From NCBI GenBank assembly GCA_963776345.1, contig CAVZMH010000015.1:64001-128000 (forward strand): a stretch of DNA of 64,000 bases, in the 5' to 3' direction. The stretch's first letter is position 1, and each line of letters starts with the position of its first letter. This stretch comes from an uncultured delta proteobacterium (GTDB taxonomy: Bacteria; Myxococcota; Myxococcia; Myxococcales; Myxococcaceae). This document shows positions 28,916 through 38,871 of this stretch, piece after piece. Position numbers and translations under genes: made by a program. The notes under the pieces are model-generated. The model did not search any database. It had not been told where the DNA came from and was given only the letters and a program-made list of their open reading frames with translations.

Positions 28916-30736
28916 CTACGCCGCGAGCCCGACGGGGATCTTGAACTCGAACCGGGTGCCCTTCCCGGGCGCGCTCTCGACCGTCACCGAGCCGCCGTGC
29001 TCGTCGGCGATCTGCTTGACGATGGACAGCCCGAGGCCGGTCCCCTCCGGGCGCCCCGCGGTGGTGAAGGGGTCGAAGACCCGGTCGGCGATCTCCGGGG
29101 GGAGCCCGGGGCCGTCATCCTCGAAGCGGAGCACCAGATCGTCCGCCTCGCGGTCGATGCTGAAGAGGAAGTTGCCCCCGGTGGGCATGGCCTCCACCGC
29201 GTTGCGCGCGAGGTTGAACACCACCCGCCGCAGCTTGCCCTCGTCGAACCGTGCGGGGCCGGTGTAGCGCGGGACCACCGAGAGCCGGACGGGGCTCTTC
29301 TTGAACTCCTGGCGGAGGTAGGCCTCGGTCTCGCTGGCGAACTTCTGGAGATAGACCTTGCGGATCAGCAGCTCTCGCTCCCCCCGGGCGAAGGCCAGTG
29401 TCTCGCGCATCATCGCGTTGAGGTGCTCGAACTGCTTGTCCACCACCCCCGCGTACTGGAGCCGCTGCTGCTCCTCCGGCTCGGTGGCCATCAGCTCGGT
29501 GTAGCCGCTGATGACGGTGAGCGGCGTGCGGAAGTCGTGCACCACGCCGGAGAGCATCTGCCCGATGGCCGCCAGCCGCTCGCGCTGCTCGGCCTCGTCG
29601 CGGTTCCGGCGCACCTTGATCGATCGGCCCGCCTGCCCGGCGATGAGCGTGGCCAACCGCTCGTCGCTCTCGGTGAATCCCGAGGGCTTGTTGAGCAGGG
29701 TCAGCGCGCCCACCACCGCCTCGTCCACGGTGATCGGCACGCAGAGCACCGCATCGGCGCGGATGTCCAGCCGCGCGGGGATGCCCGGATCATGCGCCGG
29801 ATGGTCCTGGGCGTGGGCCAGACGGACGGTCTCCCCGGTCCGGGCGACGTGGCCGGCGATGCCTTGCCCCGGCTTCAGCTTGAGCGTCACCAGGGACTCG
29901 GCGTTCTCGCCCACCACGCTCTTGAAGTAGAGCGCACCCTGATCTACCGGGTCGGCGAGGAAGATGGCCGCCGCGGTGGCCCCCAGCGTCGGCGCCACCC
30001 GGGCGAGGATGATGTCCATCAGGTCGCTCTGCTTCTCGGCGCTGGACACCGCCTTCTCGGTCTCGAAGAGGAGGTCCAGGTCCTTGAGCGCGTTGGAGAG
30101 GTCCGATTTGGCCATCCGGAGCGCCTCGTTCTGGGCCCGCAGCTCCTCGTAGAGCAGCACGTTGTCCAGCACCGCGGCGATCTGCGTGGCCACTGCCTCC
30201 ACCAGCGCCAGGTCCTCGGCGGTGAAGACGTTGGTCTTGCGGTTCAGCACCTCCAGCACGCCGAGGATCCGCCCGCTCACGTGCTTCAGCGGCACGGCGA
30301 TCATCGACTTGGTGACGAAGCCGCTCATCCGGTCGATGTTGGGATGGAAGTGCGAGTCGGTGTACGCGTCGCCGAGCAGGAGGCTCTGCCCGGTGGCCAT
30401 CACGTGCCCGGCGATGCCCGTGCCGAGCGGGAGCCGGATCTCGTCCAGCCCGCCGCCGCGCAGCACCCGGCTCCAGAGCTCCTGCTTCTCCGCGTCGAGC
30501 ATGAAGAGCGTCGCGGCCTCGGCCTGGAGCAGGGAGCTCAGCCGGTCCATGACGGTCTTCAGAAGCGCGTCGACGTCGCGGACGGAGGACAGGAGGGTGG
30601 CGATCTCCAGCACCGCGGAGAAGCGCTCCGCCTGCCGTAGCACCGCCGACTCGAGCTCCTGCAGCTTGTCGGTCAGCCCGCTGAGGAGTCCGGCCGGGCT
30701 GACGGGCTCCCCCGCCTTGAGTCGATCCGCCGCCAT
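28916..30736 (-). CDS. Cytoplasmic dual-GAF sensor histidine kinase
   Basis: Two GAF domains (GIAGHV twice), HDFRTPL, NLARNA, DDGPG, GTGLGL. Confidence 0.92.
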   Translation of the reverse strand: MAADRLKAGEPVSPAGLLSGLTDKLQELESAVLRQAERFSAVLEIATLLSSVRDVDALLKTVMDRLSSLLQAEAATLFMLDAEKQELWSRVLRGGGLDEIRLPLGTGIAGHVMATGQSLLLGDAYTDSHFHPNIDRMSGFVTKSMIAVPLKHVSGRILGVLEVLNRKTNVFTAEDLALVEAVATQIAAVLDNVLLYEELRAQNEALRMAKSDLSNALKDLDLLFETEKAVSSAEKQSDLMDIILARVAPTLGATAAAIFLADPVDQGALYFKSVVGENAESLVTLKLKPGQGIAGHVARTGETVRLAHAQDHPAHDPGIPARLDIRADAVLCVPITVDEAVVGALTLLNKPSGFTESDERLATLIAGQAGRSIKVRRNRDEAEQRERLAAIGQMLSGVVHDFRTPLTVISGYTELMATEPEEQQRLQYAGVVDKQFEHLNAMMRETLAFARGERELLIRKVYLQKFASETEAYLRQEFKKSPVRLSVVPRYTGPARFDEGKLRRVVFNLARNAVEAMPTGGNFLFSIDREADDLVLRFEDDGPGLPPEIADRVFDPFTTAGRPEGTGLGLSIVKQIADEHGGSVTVESAPGKGTRFEFKIPVGLAA

Positions 30737-30822
30737 CGTTCGTCCGGGTGTGGGACTCTACACCAGGAGCGGACGACAGGCCTCCCGGGTTTGCGGCGAC
30801 CGCGCCGCGATGTCGTCCCGGT

Positions 30823-33498
30823 TCAGTGGGCGTCGGCCCAGCTCTTCCCCACCCCCACCTCGACCTCCAGCGGCACCCGGAGCTGCGCCACGCCCATCAT
30901 GCAGCTGCGGGCCAGCTCCACCGTGCGGTCCAGCTCCTCCTCCGGCGCCTCGAAGAGGAGCTCGTCGTGAACCTGGAGGAGCATCCGGGTGCGCAGCCCC
31001 GTCTCGCGGAGCCGGTGGTCGACGCGGAGCATCGCCATCTTGATGAGGTCCGCGGCGGTGCCCTGGATGGGCATGTTGATCGCCGCGCGCTCCGCGGCCT
31101 GGGCGGTGGCCCGGTTGCTGGAGTGCAGGTCGTCCATCAGCCGCCGCCGGCCGAAGAGCGTCTCCACGCTCCCGGTGCGCCGGGCCCGCTCCACGGTCTC
31201 CTCGAGGTAGCGGCGGATGCCGGCGTAGCGGGCGAAGTACCGGTCGATGATCGACGCCGCCTCCTCGTGGGGGATGTCCAGCCGGGTCGAGAGCCCGTGC
31301 GGCGACAGCCCGTAGGCGATGCCGAAGTTCACCATCTTCGCCACCCGGCGCTGGTCGGCGGTCACCTCGCCCGGGCTCACCCCGAAGACCTCGGCCGCCG
31401 TGCGCTGGTGCACGTCCTCGTGGGCCTGGAACGCCGCCAGGAGCCCCGGGTCCTCCGAGACGTGTGCCAGGATGCGCAGCTCGATCTGGCTGTAGTCCGC
31501 CGAGACCAGCTTCCACCCCCGCTCGGCCACGAAGGCCCGCCGGATGGCGCGCCCCACCTCGGTGCGCACCGGGATGTTCTGGAGGTTGGGGTCCGAGCTG
31601 GAGAGCCGCCCGGTCGCCGTCGCCGCCTGGTGGAAGGTGGTGTGCAGCCGGCCGTCGGCGGCGACCAGCGGCACCAGCGCGTCCAGGTACGTGGTCTTCA
31701 GCTTGCTGAGCGTCCGGTACTCGAGCAGGGCGCGCGGCAAGGGGTGCTTCTCGGCCAGCTTCTCCAGCACCTCGGCGTCGGTGGACGGCCCGGTCTTGCC
31801 CTTCTTCAATACGGGAAGGCCCAGCTCGGTGTACAGCACCTGCGCCAGCTGGGCGTTGCTGTTGACGTTGAACACCCGCCCGGCCAGCGCGTGGAGCTGC
31901 TGCTCCTGGGCGGCGCACTGGGTGTCCACGTCGCGCGACAGCTCCGAGAGGACCCCGAGGTCCACCTTGATGCCGTGTCGCTCCATGCGGGTGAGCACCG
32001 GGACCAGCGGCAGCTCGAGCTCGCGGGCCAGGCCGGTCAGCTTCGCCGACTCGATGTCGCGCCACAGACCCGGGGCGAGCCGCTCCACCGCCTGGGCCCG
32101 CTGGCCGAAGGCGTCGGCCACGTCCTCCGGAGGCCGGTCGGCGAGCCCGCTCCCCGCCCTGCGTGCCGCCGCCGCGTCGTACGGGACGGGGAGCTCGAGG
32201 TGGAGCCGCTCCCGCGCGAGGTCTGCCAGGGCGTGCTCCCTCCGCGAGGCGTTCAGGAGATACGAGAGCAGCTCGACGTCCGCCCCCAGCCCCTCGAGCC
32301 CCAGCCCCAGGCCGAGGAGCAGCAGCGACAGCGCCTTGGCGTCGTGCGCGTCCTTCGCCACGCGGGGATTGGCCAGCACCGGCCCCAGCACCTCGCGCAG
32401 GTCATCGAGCGAGAGCCGGCGCGCGCCGAGCCCGTGGTGGTCCAGCGAGAGGTAGGTCGCGGTGTCCCCGGCGGCGACCCCGAGGCCCACCAGCCGGGCG
32501 GTGGCCGGAGGTCCGTCGTGCGCCGGCACCAGCGCGGCCCGCCCGTGCGCCCGGATGGCGTCGACCAGGGCCAGCAGCGCCTCGCGGTCGGCCACCACCG
32601 CCGTCTTCCCCATCGGGCGCGCCGCGGCGGCGTCCGGGCTGGGGGGCATTTCTTGTAGCAGCTTGTAGAACTCGAGCTCGGTGAAGAGCGCCCGGGCCCG
32701 CTCGCCGTCGATGGGCTGGCGGACGAAACGCGAGGCGTCGGTCTCCACCGGGAGGTCGGTCCGGAAGGTCACCAGCTGCTTGGCCCGGAGCACCCCGTCA
32801 CGGTGCTGCTCGATGGCCTCGCGAATCTTCGGCTTCTTCACCTCGTCCAGCCGGGCGAGCAGCGTCTCCACGTCCCCGAACTGCTCGATGAGCTCCGCGG
32901 CGGTCTTCGGGCCGATGCCCGGCACCTTCGGCACGTTGTCGATGGGGTCACCGACCAGCGCCAGGTAGTCGCGCATCTGCCCGGGCTCGATGCCCAGCCG
33001 CTCCTTCACCTCGCGCGGTCCGGTGTGCCGGTCGAGCATCGGGTCGTAGAGCGTGACCCGGTCGTCCACCAGCTGCATGAAGTCCTTGTCGCCGGTGACG
33101 ATGTGCACGTCGAAACCCTGCGCCTTCGCCGCCAGGGCCAGGGTGCCGATGACGTCATCGGCCTCCCAGCCGGCGTACTCGAGCACCGGGACCCGGAGGG
33201 CGTCGACCACCTGGCGCACCAGCTCGAACTGATGCGGGAGATCCGGCGGCGGCCCCTCGCGGTTGGCCTTGTAGCTGGGATCGATCTCCTGGCGCCCGGT
33301 GCGGCTCTCCTTGTCGAAGGCCAGCGCCACGTGGGTGGGCTTCATCTCTCGCAGCGTCTTGAGGAGCATGCGGGTGAAGCCGTACACCGCGTTGGTGGGC
33401 AGGCCCCGGCTGGTGCTGAGGTTGGCGATGGCGTGGTAGGCGCGGAAGACGAAACCCGACGCGTCGATCAGCGTCAGGACGGGGCGGGAGCTGGGCAT
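30823..33498 (-). CDS. polA: DNA polymerase I
   Basis: 5' nuclease EADD, TGDKD; polymerase TGRLSS.DPNLQNIP, DYSQIELR, LQVHDEL. Confidence 0.98.
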   Translation of the reverse strand: MPSSRPVLTLIDASGFVFRAYHAIANLSTSRGLPTNAVYGFTRMLLKTLREMKPTHVALAFDKESRTGRQEIDPSYKANREGPPPDLPHQFELVRQVVDALRVPVLEYAGWEADDVIGTLALAAKAQGFDVHIVTGDKDFMQLVDDRVTLYDPMLDRHTGPREVKERLGIEPGQMRDYLALVGDPIDNVPKVPGIGPKTAAELIEQFGDVETLLARLDEVKKPKIREAIEQHRDGVLRAKQLVTFRTDLPVETDASRFVRQPIDGERARALFTELEFYKLLQEMPPSPDAAAARPMGKTAVVADREALLALVDAIRAHGRAALVPAHDGPPATARLVGLGVAAGDTATYLSLDHHGLGARRLSLDDLREVLGPVLANPRVAKDAHDAKALSLLLLGLGLGLEGLGADVELLSYLLNASRREHALADLARERLHLELPVPYDAAAARRAGSGLADRPPEDVADAFGQRAQAVERLAPGLWRDIESAKLTGLARELELPLVPVLTRMERHGIKVDLGVLSELSRDVDTQCAAQEQQLHALAGRVFNVNSNAQLAQVLYTELGLPVLKKGKTGPSTDAEVLEKLAEKHPLPRALLEYRTLSKLKTTYLDALVPLVAADGRLHTTFHQAATATGRLSSSDPNLQNIPVRTEVGRAIRRAFVAERGWKLVSADYSQIELRILAHVSEDPGLLAAFQAHEDVHQRTAAEVFGVSPGEVTADQRRVAKMVNFGIAYGLSPHGLSTRLDIPHEEAASIIDRYFARYAGIRRYLEETVERARRTGSVETLFGRRRLMDDLHSSNRATAQAAERAAINMPIQGTAADLIKMAMLRVDHRLRETGLRTRMLLQVHDELLFEAPEEELDRTVELARSCMMGVAQLRVPLEVEVGVGKSWADAH

Positions 33499-33516
33499 GA
33501 CTTCGCCCGCGGCACC

Positions 33517-34230
33517 CTATCGCAGCACGAGCTTGATTCTCTCGTTGCAGATGAAGAACTCGTCGCCGTCCTCCACCTGCTTGCGCTTGATCCGCTGCTT
33601 GTTGAACCAGGTGCCGTTCGAGGAGCCCAGGTCCTCGATGTAGTAGGCGCCGTCGTCCCGGACGATGACCGCGTGCTCCCGGCTCACCTTGCCGGAGTTG
33701 ATGATGAAGTCGCAGTGCTTGCCTCGCCCGATGACGAAGCGGTCCTTGCCGATGCGGTCCAGGGCGCCGTTCTCGGCCATGAGATACAGCTGGGCCCCGG
33801 CGCCGGAGCTCTCCTCGTCGTCCGGGAGCGGCCGGTCCAGGATGTCCAGCGGGTCGCCGGGCGTGCCGTCCGGGGCGCCGGTGTCCACCTCGCCGAGGGA
33901 GGCCAGGTCGTCGAGATCGCCCTTGCCCATGACCGGGGTGCCGATGGTGGGGGCGACGGCCTCGACTGGACCGGTGGTCCGGCCGGGCGCGGTCCGGGCG
34001 GGGACCGCGGCCGCCACCCGGTGGTTGAGCGTCGGCTGCGCCGGGACCGGGGTCTTCCGGCGCCCGGACACCTCCAGGAACCCGTTCAGCCGGGCGAACA
34101 TGAACAGGGCCTGGTTGATGAGCCCGTCCCGCTCGCTCCCCATCTGCCGCGCCATCTCCTCGAGGGCTTCCCAGAGGTGGTCGGGGATGGCCACCTTGCG
34201 AACGGGGTGTGGCGGGTTGTAGTCGCCCAT
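33517..34230 (-). CDS. FHA protein with ribbon-helix-helix-like N-terminus
   Basis: End of ORF 33517..36774 from ATG 34230; RKVAIPDHLWEALEEMA; FHA IGRG...VSREH...SSNGT. Confidence 0.85.
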   Translation of the reverse strand: MGDYNPPHPVRKVAIPDHLWEALEEMARQMGSERDGLINQALFMFARLNGFLEVSGRRKTPVPAQPTLNHRVAAAVPARTAPGRTTGPVEAVAPTIGTPVMGKGDLDDLASLGEVDTGAPDGTPGDPLDILDRPLPDDEESSGAGAQLYLMAENGALDRIGKDRFVIGRGKHCDFIINSGKVSREHAVIVRDDGAYYIEDLGSSNGTWFNKQRIKRKQVEDGDEFFICNERIKLVLR

Positions 34231-34259
34231 GGCGCGCACGCTGGGGGACGTTACCACGG

Positions 34260-36818
34260 TCAGTAGTGGACGCCGATGTCCTGGGTGATGTTGGGCGTGC
34301 TGTAGGTGACCGTGGTCGGAGAGAAGTCCAGGATGGCGTTCCCCGCCGGATAGAGGACGAAGATGCGGTCCTGTCCCACGTTCTGCCCGACCGGGTAGAG
34401 GTTGCGCTGGTACAGCGCCAGGGCCCCGGGGAGGTTCAGGCCGCCCACCCCCAGAGACGCCGAGTTGATGGCAACCGCGGCCGGGCTGTAGCCGTTCACG
34501 AACTGGAAGAGGTACCCCGAGGCGCGCAACTCGGGGACGTCCCCGCCGCGCAGCACGTACTCGACGCCCGCGTCGGTGACCGTGTCTCCATTCTCGTCCA
34601 CGTAGGTGATCTGGTCCTTGAGATCGAAGGACAGACCGACCGAGCTGAGGATGCTGGCCGAGGTGCCGGCGTCGAAGCTGGGGCGCCAGAACCGCACGAA
34701 GCGCGGCGTGGTGTTCTCCCCCGCCTCGAACCTGGCCTGCCCTCCCGGCGGCGGCACCGCCACCCGGCCCAGGTACCCCGAGCTGGTCCCGGTCACGGTG
34801 AAGGGATGGACCGCCAGGCCGCTGCTGCGCAGGTTGTAGGACAGAGGGGGCGGACAGCTGTCGAGGGTGGGGATGGTGCCATCCGGGAGCACCAGCACGG
34901 TCCCGGCGTCGAAGTCGTTGGCCAGGGCGGTGCGGCGGGTGACCAGGAACACTCCTCCGGGACTGGGCACGAGCAGCGACCCGTCGGGCCCGGCGTCCAG
35001 CACCGGGAAGGCATAGGGACACTCGGTGCCGGTGTTGTCCACCGGGACGACGATGTCCCCCGCCTCGACGTACCCCTGCTCGACCAGCGTCCGGCTGTTG
35101 ATGGAGATCGGCCAGATGCCGCTGCGGGGATCGCCCAGCCCCGCGTCCAGCGGCTCGCCGATGATGCCGGACACGATGCCCTCGTACAGGACGTACACCG
35201 CTTCGCTGTAGGGCCAGATGCCCGGGTCGATCTTGATGTTGGTCGGCCCTCCCCGGAACGAGGCCGGGACGCCGGAGTTGAGGGTGGCCTGCTGCAACGT
35301 GATGGTGGGAACGTTGTTGGCGAAGTTGATCTGCCGGAGCGTCATCGCGTCGAAGGCGAAGATCTGCGCCACCACGTTGCTGTTGCCGTACCCGGTGATG
35401 GTCACGAAGCCGAGCAGTCCGTACTGGAGCTGATCCCCGGTGAAGTAGAGCGCGAGCCCGCTCGACTGGACGGCGATGTCCTGGATGATGCCCACCGCGT
35501 GGTTGTTCCCGAAGCGGATGGGGATCATCCGGTTCTGGTCCCGCGGGACGCCGCCATCGAAGAACGCCGGGGCGCGGTAGTAGGTGTCCTCGTAGTGAGC
35601 GCAGCATCCAGCGTCGGGAAGCCGGACCGGCACCCCGGCGTCGTCCAGGAGATCGCGGCCGTCGTCGAACCCGTCGATCGCCACCGGGTAGGCGGTGATG
35701 GGGCCCCCGGTTCCCCCGTCCGCGTAGTCCTGGAGCGTCCCGGTGCGATCGAGATCGACCGCCATGACCCCGACGCAGTCGAGGCTCCCGCCGCAGGAAG
35801 CCTCGTCGAGGATGGCGAAGATGCGCGTCCCGGCGTCCATCACCACCGACGCGGTCCCGCCGTCCACCCCGCCGTCGATGTCGAGGCCGAGGGGGTTGTT
35901 CGAGGTGGCAGTGAGCTCCACCACATTGCCGTGGGTGATCATCCGCTTCACCGGGAAGCTCTGAGCGACGGTGGTGTCCACGTTGAACACCACCGGAAAG
36001 GGGCCGGCGACCAGACCGGAGGGCTGCGGGTCCACCAGGGTGATCACCCCGAGCTCGGTCATCGTGCCGGGGAGCGCCGGGGGTCTGGCCAGGAGCCGCG
36101 AGGCGACGACCAGCCGCCGCTCCTCCGGATCCGGGGGCCGGGCGGGGTGCTGCACCGTGGGCAGGGCCACCATGGCCGTCACCACCGCCTGGGGCACCAG
36201 GCCGATGGGCTGGAGGCTGTAAGGCGGGAGCGTGGACGGATACTGACCGCACAGCTTCGGGTCGACGGTGGTGTTGCCCCGGTTGCGCGGAAGGTTGGGC
36301 AGGAGCAGCTCCCAGAGAGTGCTGTCCGTGCCGTCGAAGGTGGCGAAGTAGAGCTGGGCCTGCCGGTCGTCGGCGGTGAGGCGGGAGGCGAGCGCGGTCA
36401 CCACCGAGTCCGGCCGGGGCGTGACGCGGCCGAACTCCCGGAGCTGCTGCGGACAGTTCAGTGCGCCGATGATCGACACGCCTGGGCCCCCGGCGCCGCG
36501 GGCGAACACCCAGTCCCCCTGGAGTGGCTGCCCCAGCGGGCCGTAGCGGGTCGGGGTGGCCAGCTCCACCGGCGCGTTGATCGTGGTGATGGACAGCGGG
36601 TTGAGCGGGTTCGGAGCGCGGACGTAGTCCCGCTGGAAGCCCGCGCGCGGCTCGATGTCCAGCACCCGGAGCTCGTTGCTGCGGGTGCTGGTCACGAAGA
36701 GCAGCGAACCCGAGACGACGGAGGAGTTGGTGCCGCTCATCTGCGAGGGCGGCGGCACGCCGGTCTGCGAGCACGCCGCCGAGGCGACGAGCAGGAGGGC
36801 GAGGAGGCGCGTCTTCAC
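34260..36818 (-). CDS. Large hypothetical lipoprotein
   Basis: Signal peptide with lipobox SAAC; beta-rich; many D[AG]G tripeptides. Confidence 0.8.
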   Translation of the reverse strand: MKTRLLALLLVASAACSQTGVPPPSQMSGTNSSVVSGSLLFVTSTRSNELRVLDIEPRAGFQRDYVRAPNPLNPLSITTINAPVELATPTRYGPLGQPLQGDWVFARGAGGPGVSIIGALNCPQQLREFGRVTPRPDSVVTALASRLTADDRQAQLYFATFDGTDSTLWELLLPNLPRNRGNTTVDPKLCGQYPSTLPPYSLQPIGLVPQAVVTAMVALPTVQHPARPPDPEERRLVVASRLLARPPALPGTMTELGVITLVDPQPSGLVAGPFPVVFNVDTTVAQSFPVKRMITHGNVVELTATSNNPLGLDIDGGVDGGTASVVMDAGTRIFAILDEASCGGSLDCVGVMAVDLDRTGTLQDYADGGTGGPITAYPVAIDGFDDGRDLLDDAGVPVRLPDAGCCAHYEDTYYRAPAFFDGGVPRDQNRMIPIRFGNNHAVGIIQDIAVQSSGLALYFTGDQLQYGLLGFVTITGYGNSNVVAQIFAFDAMTLRQINFANNVPTITLQQATLNSGVPASFRGGPTNIKIDPGIWPYSEAVYVLYEGIVSGIIGEPLDAGLGDPRSGIWPISINSRTLVEQGYVEAGDIVVPVDNTGTECPYAFPVLDAGPDGSLLVPSPGGVFLVTRRTALANDFDAGTVLVLPDGTIPTLDSCPPPLSYNLRSSGLAVHPFTVTGTSSGYLGRVAVPPPGGQARFEAGENTTPRFVRFWRPSFDAGTSASILSSVGLSFDLKDQITYVDENGDTVTDAGVEYVLRGGDVPELRASGYLFQFVNGYSPAAVAINSASLGVGGLNLPGALALYQRNLYPVGQNVGQDRIFVLYPAGNAILDFSPTTVTYSTPNITQDIGVHY

Positions 36819-38305
36819 GGGGCGGTATCCACGCAGTTCCGGTCGTCCGTGGTGATCACGCAGAACTGCTTCTCCCCGATGTGGGCGATCAGCCGGGGCG
36901 CCAGCGTCGCGGGCGACTGGTCGCCTCTCAACAGGGGCACGTCCACCACCGCGATCCGGCCATCACCGAAGTTGCTGACGTACAGCCGGACCACGGTCCC
37001 TCCGGGTCCGCTCCGACGGTCCATCGCGATCCCGAAGGGAACCGCCCCCACCCCTGGCACCAGCGCGGCGATCTGTCCGAGGTTGTCGTCGTAGAACGCC
37101 AGCGAACCGTCGACCGAGCAGCTGATGACCACCAGCGGCGAGCGCGCCCGGCCCGTGGCCGGGTCCAGACCGCGCGCGAGGAGCTGCACGTCGTTGGGGC
37201 CCGCCGGCAGGGGCACGGCCCGTACCAGGGTGAAGGTCGGAGCGAGGTCCGCGATCAGCGGCTCGTTCACGTCGATGACCAGCAGCGCGGCCGGGTTGTC
37301 CACCGCCAGGTAGAGACGAGGGGGGCGGAACCGGTCCCCCGGGCGGAGCTGGAGGGCCCGGGCGTCGGTGGACGCCCAGACCAGCTGGAGCTGCGGGTAG
37401 GCGATGAGGTTGCTCCTCCGGTCCACGACGCGGAGGAGCACGTCCGGGTCGGTGACGTTGATCTTCGCCCTGCCCGAGACGTAGAGGAAGTCCGGCGTGA
37501 CGATGATGCTGTTCGACCCGCCGGGGCCGATGGTGCTGAACGCCGAGTCCGGGACGACGTAGCCCGCGTCCGGGCTCCACGTCTTTCGGGCCGCGTCCAG
37601 GTCCGTCTGGTGGAGCGTGACCAGGAAGTTCAGGAGATTGGTGAAGCTCAGAGCTGGGCTCGAGGCCGGACGGAGGTGGGTGACGTAGATCTCGTCGGTG
37701 TCGGGCGCCAGCGTGACGCTGTACGGCTGGGGCGCCGCCGGGTAGCCGTAGTCCCCCGGGGTCTGGGCCAGCGCCAGCCGGAGCGCGTCCACGGTGCAGT
37801 CCTTCCCTCCGCTGAAGAAGCACCGCAGCGGGGCGCCGCCGTCGGGGTCGGGCGTGATGTCCATGATCGCCAGCTCGTCCCCCTCGGAGCGCGAGGGCAC
37901 GAAGAGCCGGGTCCCGGCATCGTCCACCGTGGCCAGTCCGGCGAAGCTGGAGATGGTCACGATGCTGTCCGCGGTGGTGGCCAGCTGGGTGAACTGCACC
38001 GGCCGGCCCTGGTCGGATCCGCCGTCCAGCGGCGCGGCGATGGCTCCCCCGGGCGGCGGCAGGCTCCGCCCGTCCGGCGAGCGCACCTGGCCGAGGTCCA
38101 CGGTGGTGACCCAGCCCACGTCGAAGCGGCGATCGAAGTTGGAGCTGGCGACGTAGATCCGCCCCACCCCGGCGTCGAGGTCGGCCGGGGGGATGAAGGC
38201 CAGTCCCGTCGGATAGTAGAGGCGGGTCTCCACCGGCGGCCGCGAGGCGGGCGTCTTGTCACAGGCGACGGCGAGGAGGAGGGTCGAGAGGAGGGCGAGG
38301 CGCAT
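36815..38305 (-). CDS. Beta-propeller (YncE/YVTN-like) lipoprotein
   Basis: MRLALLSTLLLAVAC; blade motifs IYVAS, LFVPS, IYVTH, LYVSG, LYVSNFG. Confidence 0.8.
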   Translation of the reverse strand: MRLALLSTLLLAVACDKTPASRPPVETRLYYPTGLAFIPPADLDAGVGRIYVASSNFDRRFDVGWVTTVDLGQVRSPDGRSLPPPGGAIAAPLDGGSDQGRPVQFTQLATTADSIVTISSFAGLATVDDAGTRLFVPSRSEGDELAIMDITPDPDGGAPLRCFFSGGKDCTVDALRLALAQTPGDYGYPAAPQPYSVTLAPDTDEIYVTHLRPASSPALSFTNLLNFLVTLHQTDLDAARKTWSPDAGYVVPDSAFSTIGPGGSNSIIVTPDFLYVSGRAKINVTDPDVLLRVVDRRSNLIAYPQLQLVWASTDARALQLRPGDRFRPPRLYLAVDNPAALLVIDVNEPLIADLAPTFTLVRAVPLPAGPNDVQLLARGLDPATGRARSPLVVISCSVDGSLAFYDDNLGQIAALVPGVGAVPFGIAMDRRSGPGGTVVRLYVSNFGDGRIAVVDVPLLRGDQSPATLAPRLIAHIGEKQFCVITTDDRNCVDTAP

Positions 38306-38397
38306 CGAAAAGGGCGCGCATCCTAGAGATCCGCGACCCGGCGTCGCAAGGACTAGCAGCGGACTACGAACAGGCAGACGACCACGGTTGTTCCCCC

Positions 38398-38871
38398 TCA
38401 GCGTCGCGGCGATGGGTCGTCCTTTCCACCGGTGGCCCGCCAGTAGTCGGTGAGGATCCGCTGCACCCGGTCGGAGTTGGGGTAGGTCCGGCACGACAGG
38501 AGATACGTCTCGTAGGCGCGGGTCCCGGCGCGCGGGTCTCCCAGCTTGGCGTGGGCGCTGCCGAGGATGAGGTAGGCCCAGCCCGCGCGCGGGTCGAGCT
38601 CCAGCGCGCGCTGGAGCTTGGGGACCGCGCGCTTCACCTCCGCCAGGTCCTTGCTGTCGGTCAGCCGGGTCCCTTCCTGAAGCAGCTTGCGGACCGAGCC
38701 GTCCTTCACCTCCGGGCCGCAGACCAGGCCGGGGAGCGTCTTGCCCTCGAACCGGGGGGTATAGGGGAGGATGGACGCCGGCGGCAGCTCGTCGTCCTCG
38801 CGCGTCTGGCTGTCGATCTCCGCCTCCAGCGCCGGGGCCGAGACCAGCACCAGGAGGAGGAGGCCGCTCAC
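38398..38871 (-). CDS. Small exported TPR protein
   Basis: End of ORF 38398..39921: hydrophobic N-terminus, RALELDPRAGWAYLILGSAHAKLG. Confidence 0.7.
   Translation of the reverse strand: MSGLLLLVLVSAPALEAEIDSQTREDDELPPASILPYTPRFEGKTLPGLVCGPEVKDGSVRKLLQEGTRLTDSKDLAEVKRAVPKLQRALELDPRAGWAYLILGSAHAKLGDPRAGTRAYETYLLSCRTYPNSDRVQRILTDYWRATGGKDDPSPRR

Noticed and set aside
33517..36774. 1085-aa FHA fusion suggested by the ORF track
   Set aside because: The first ~850 aa are an off-frame reading of the lipoprotein gene; the real protein starts at ATG 34230.
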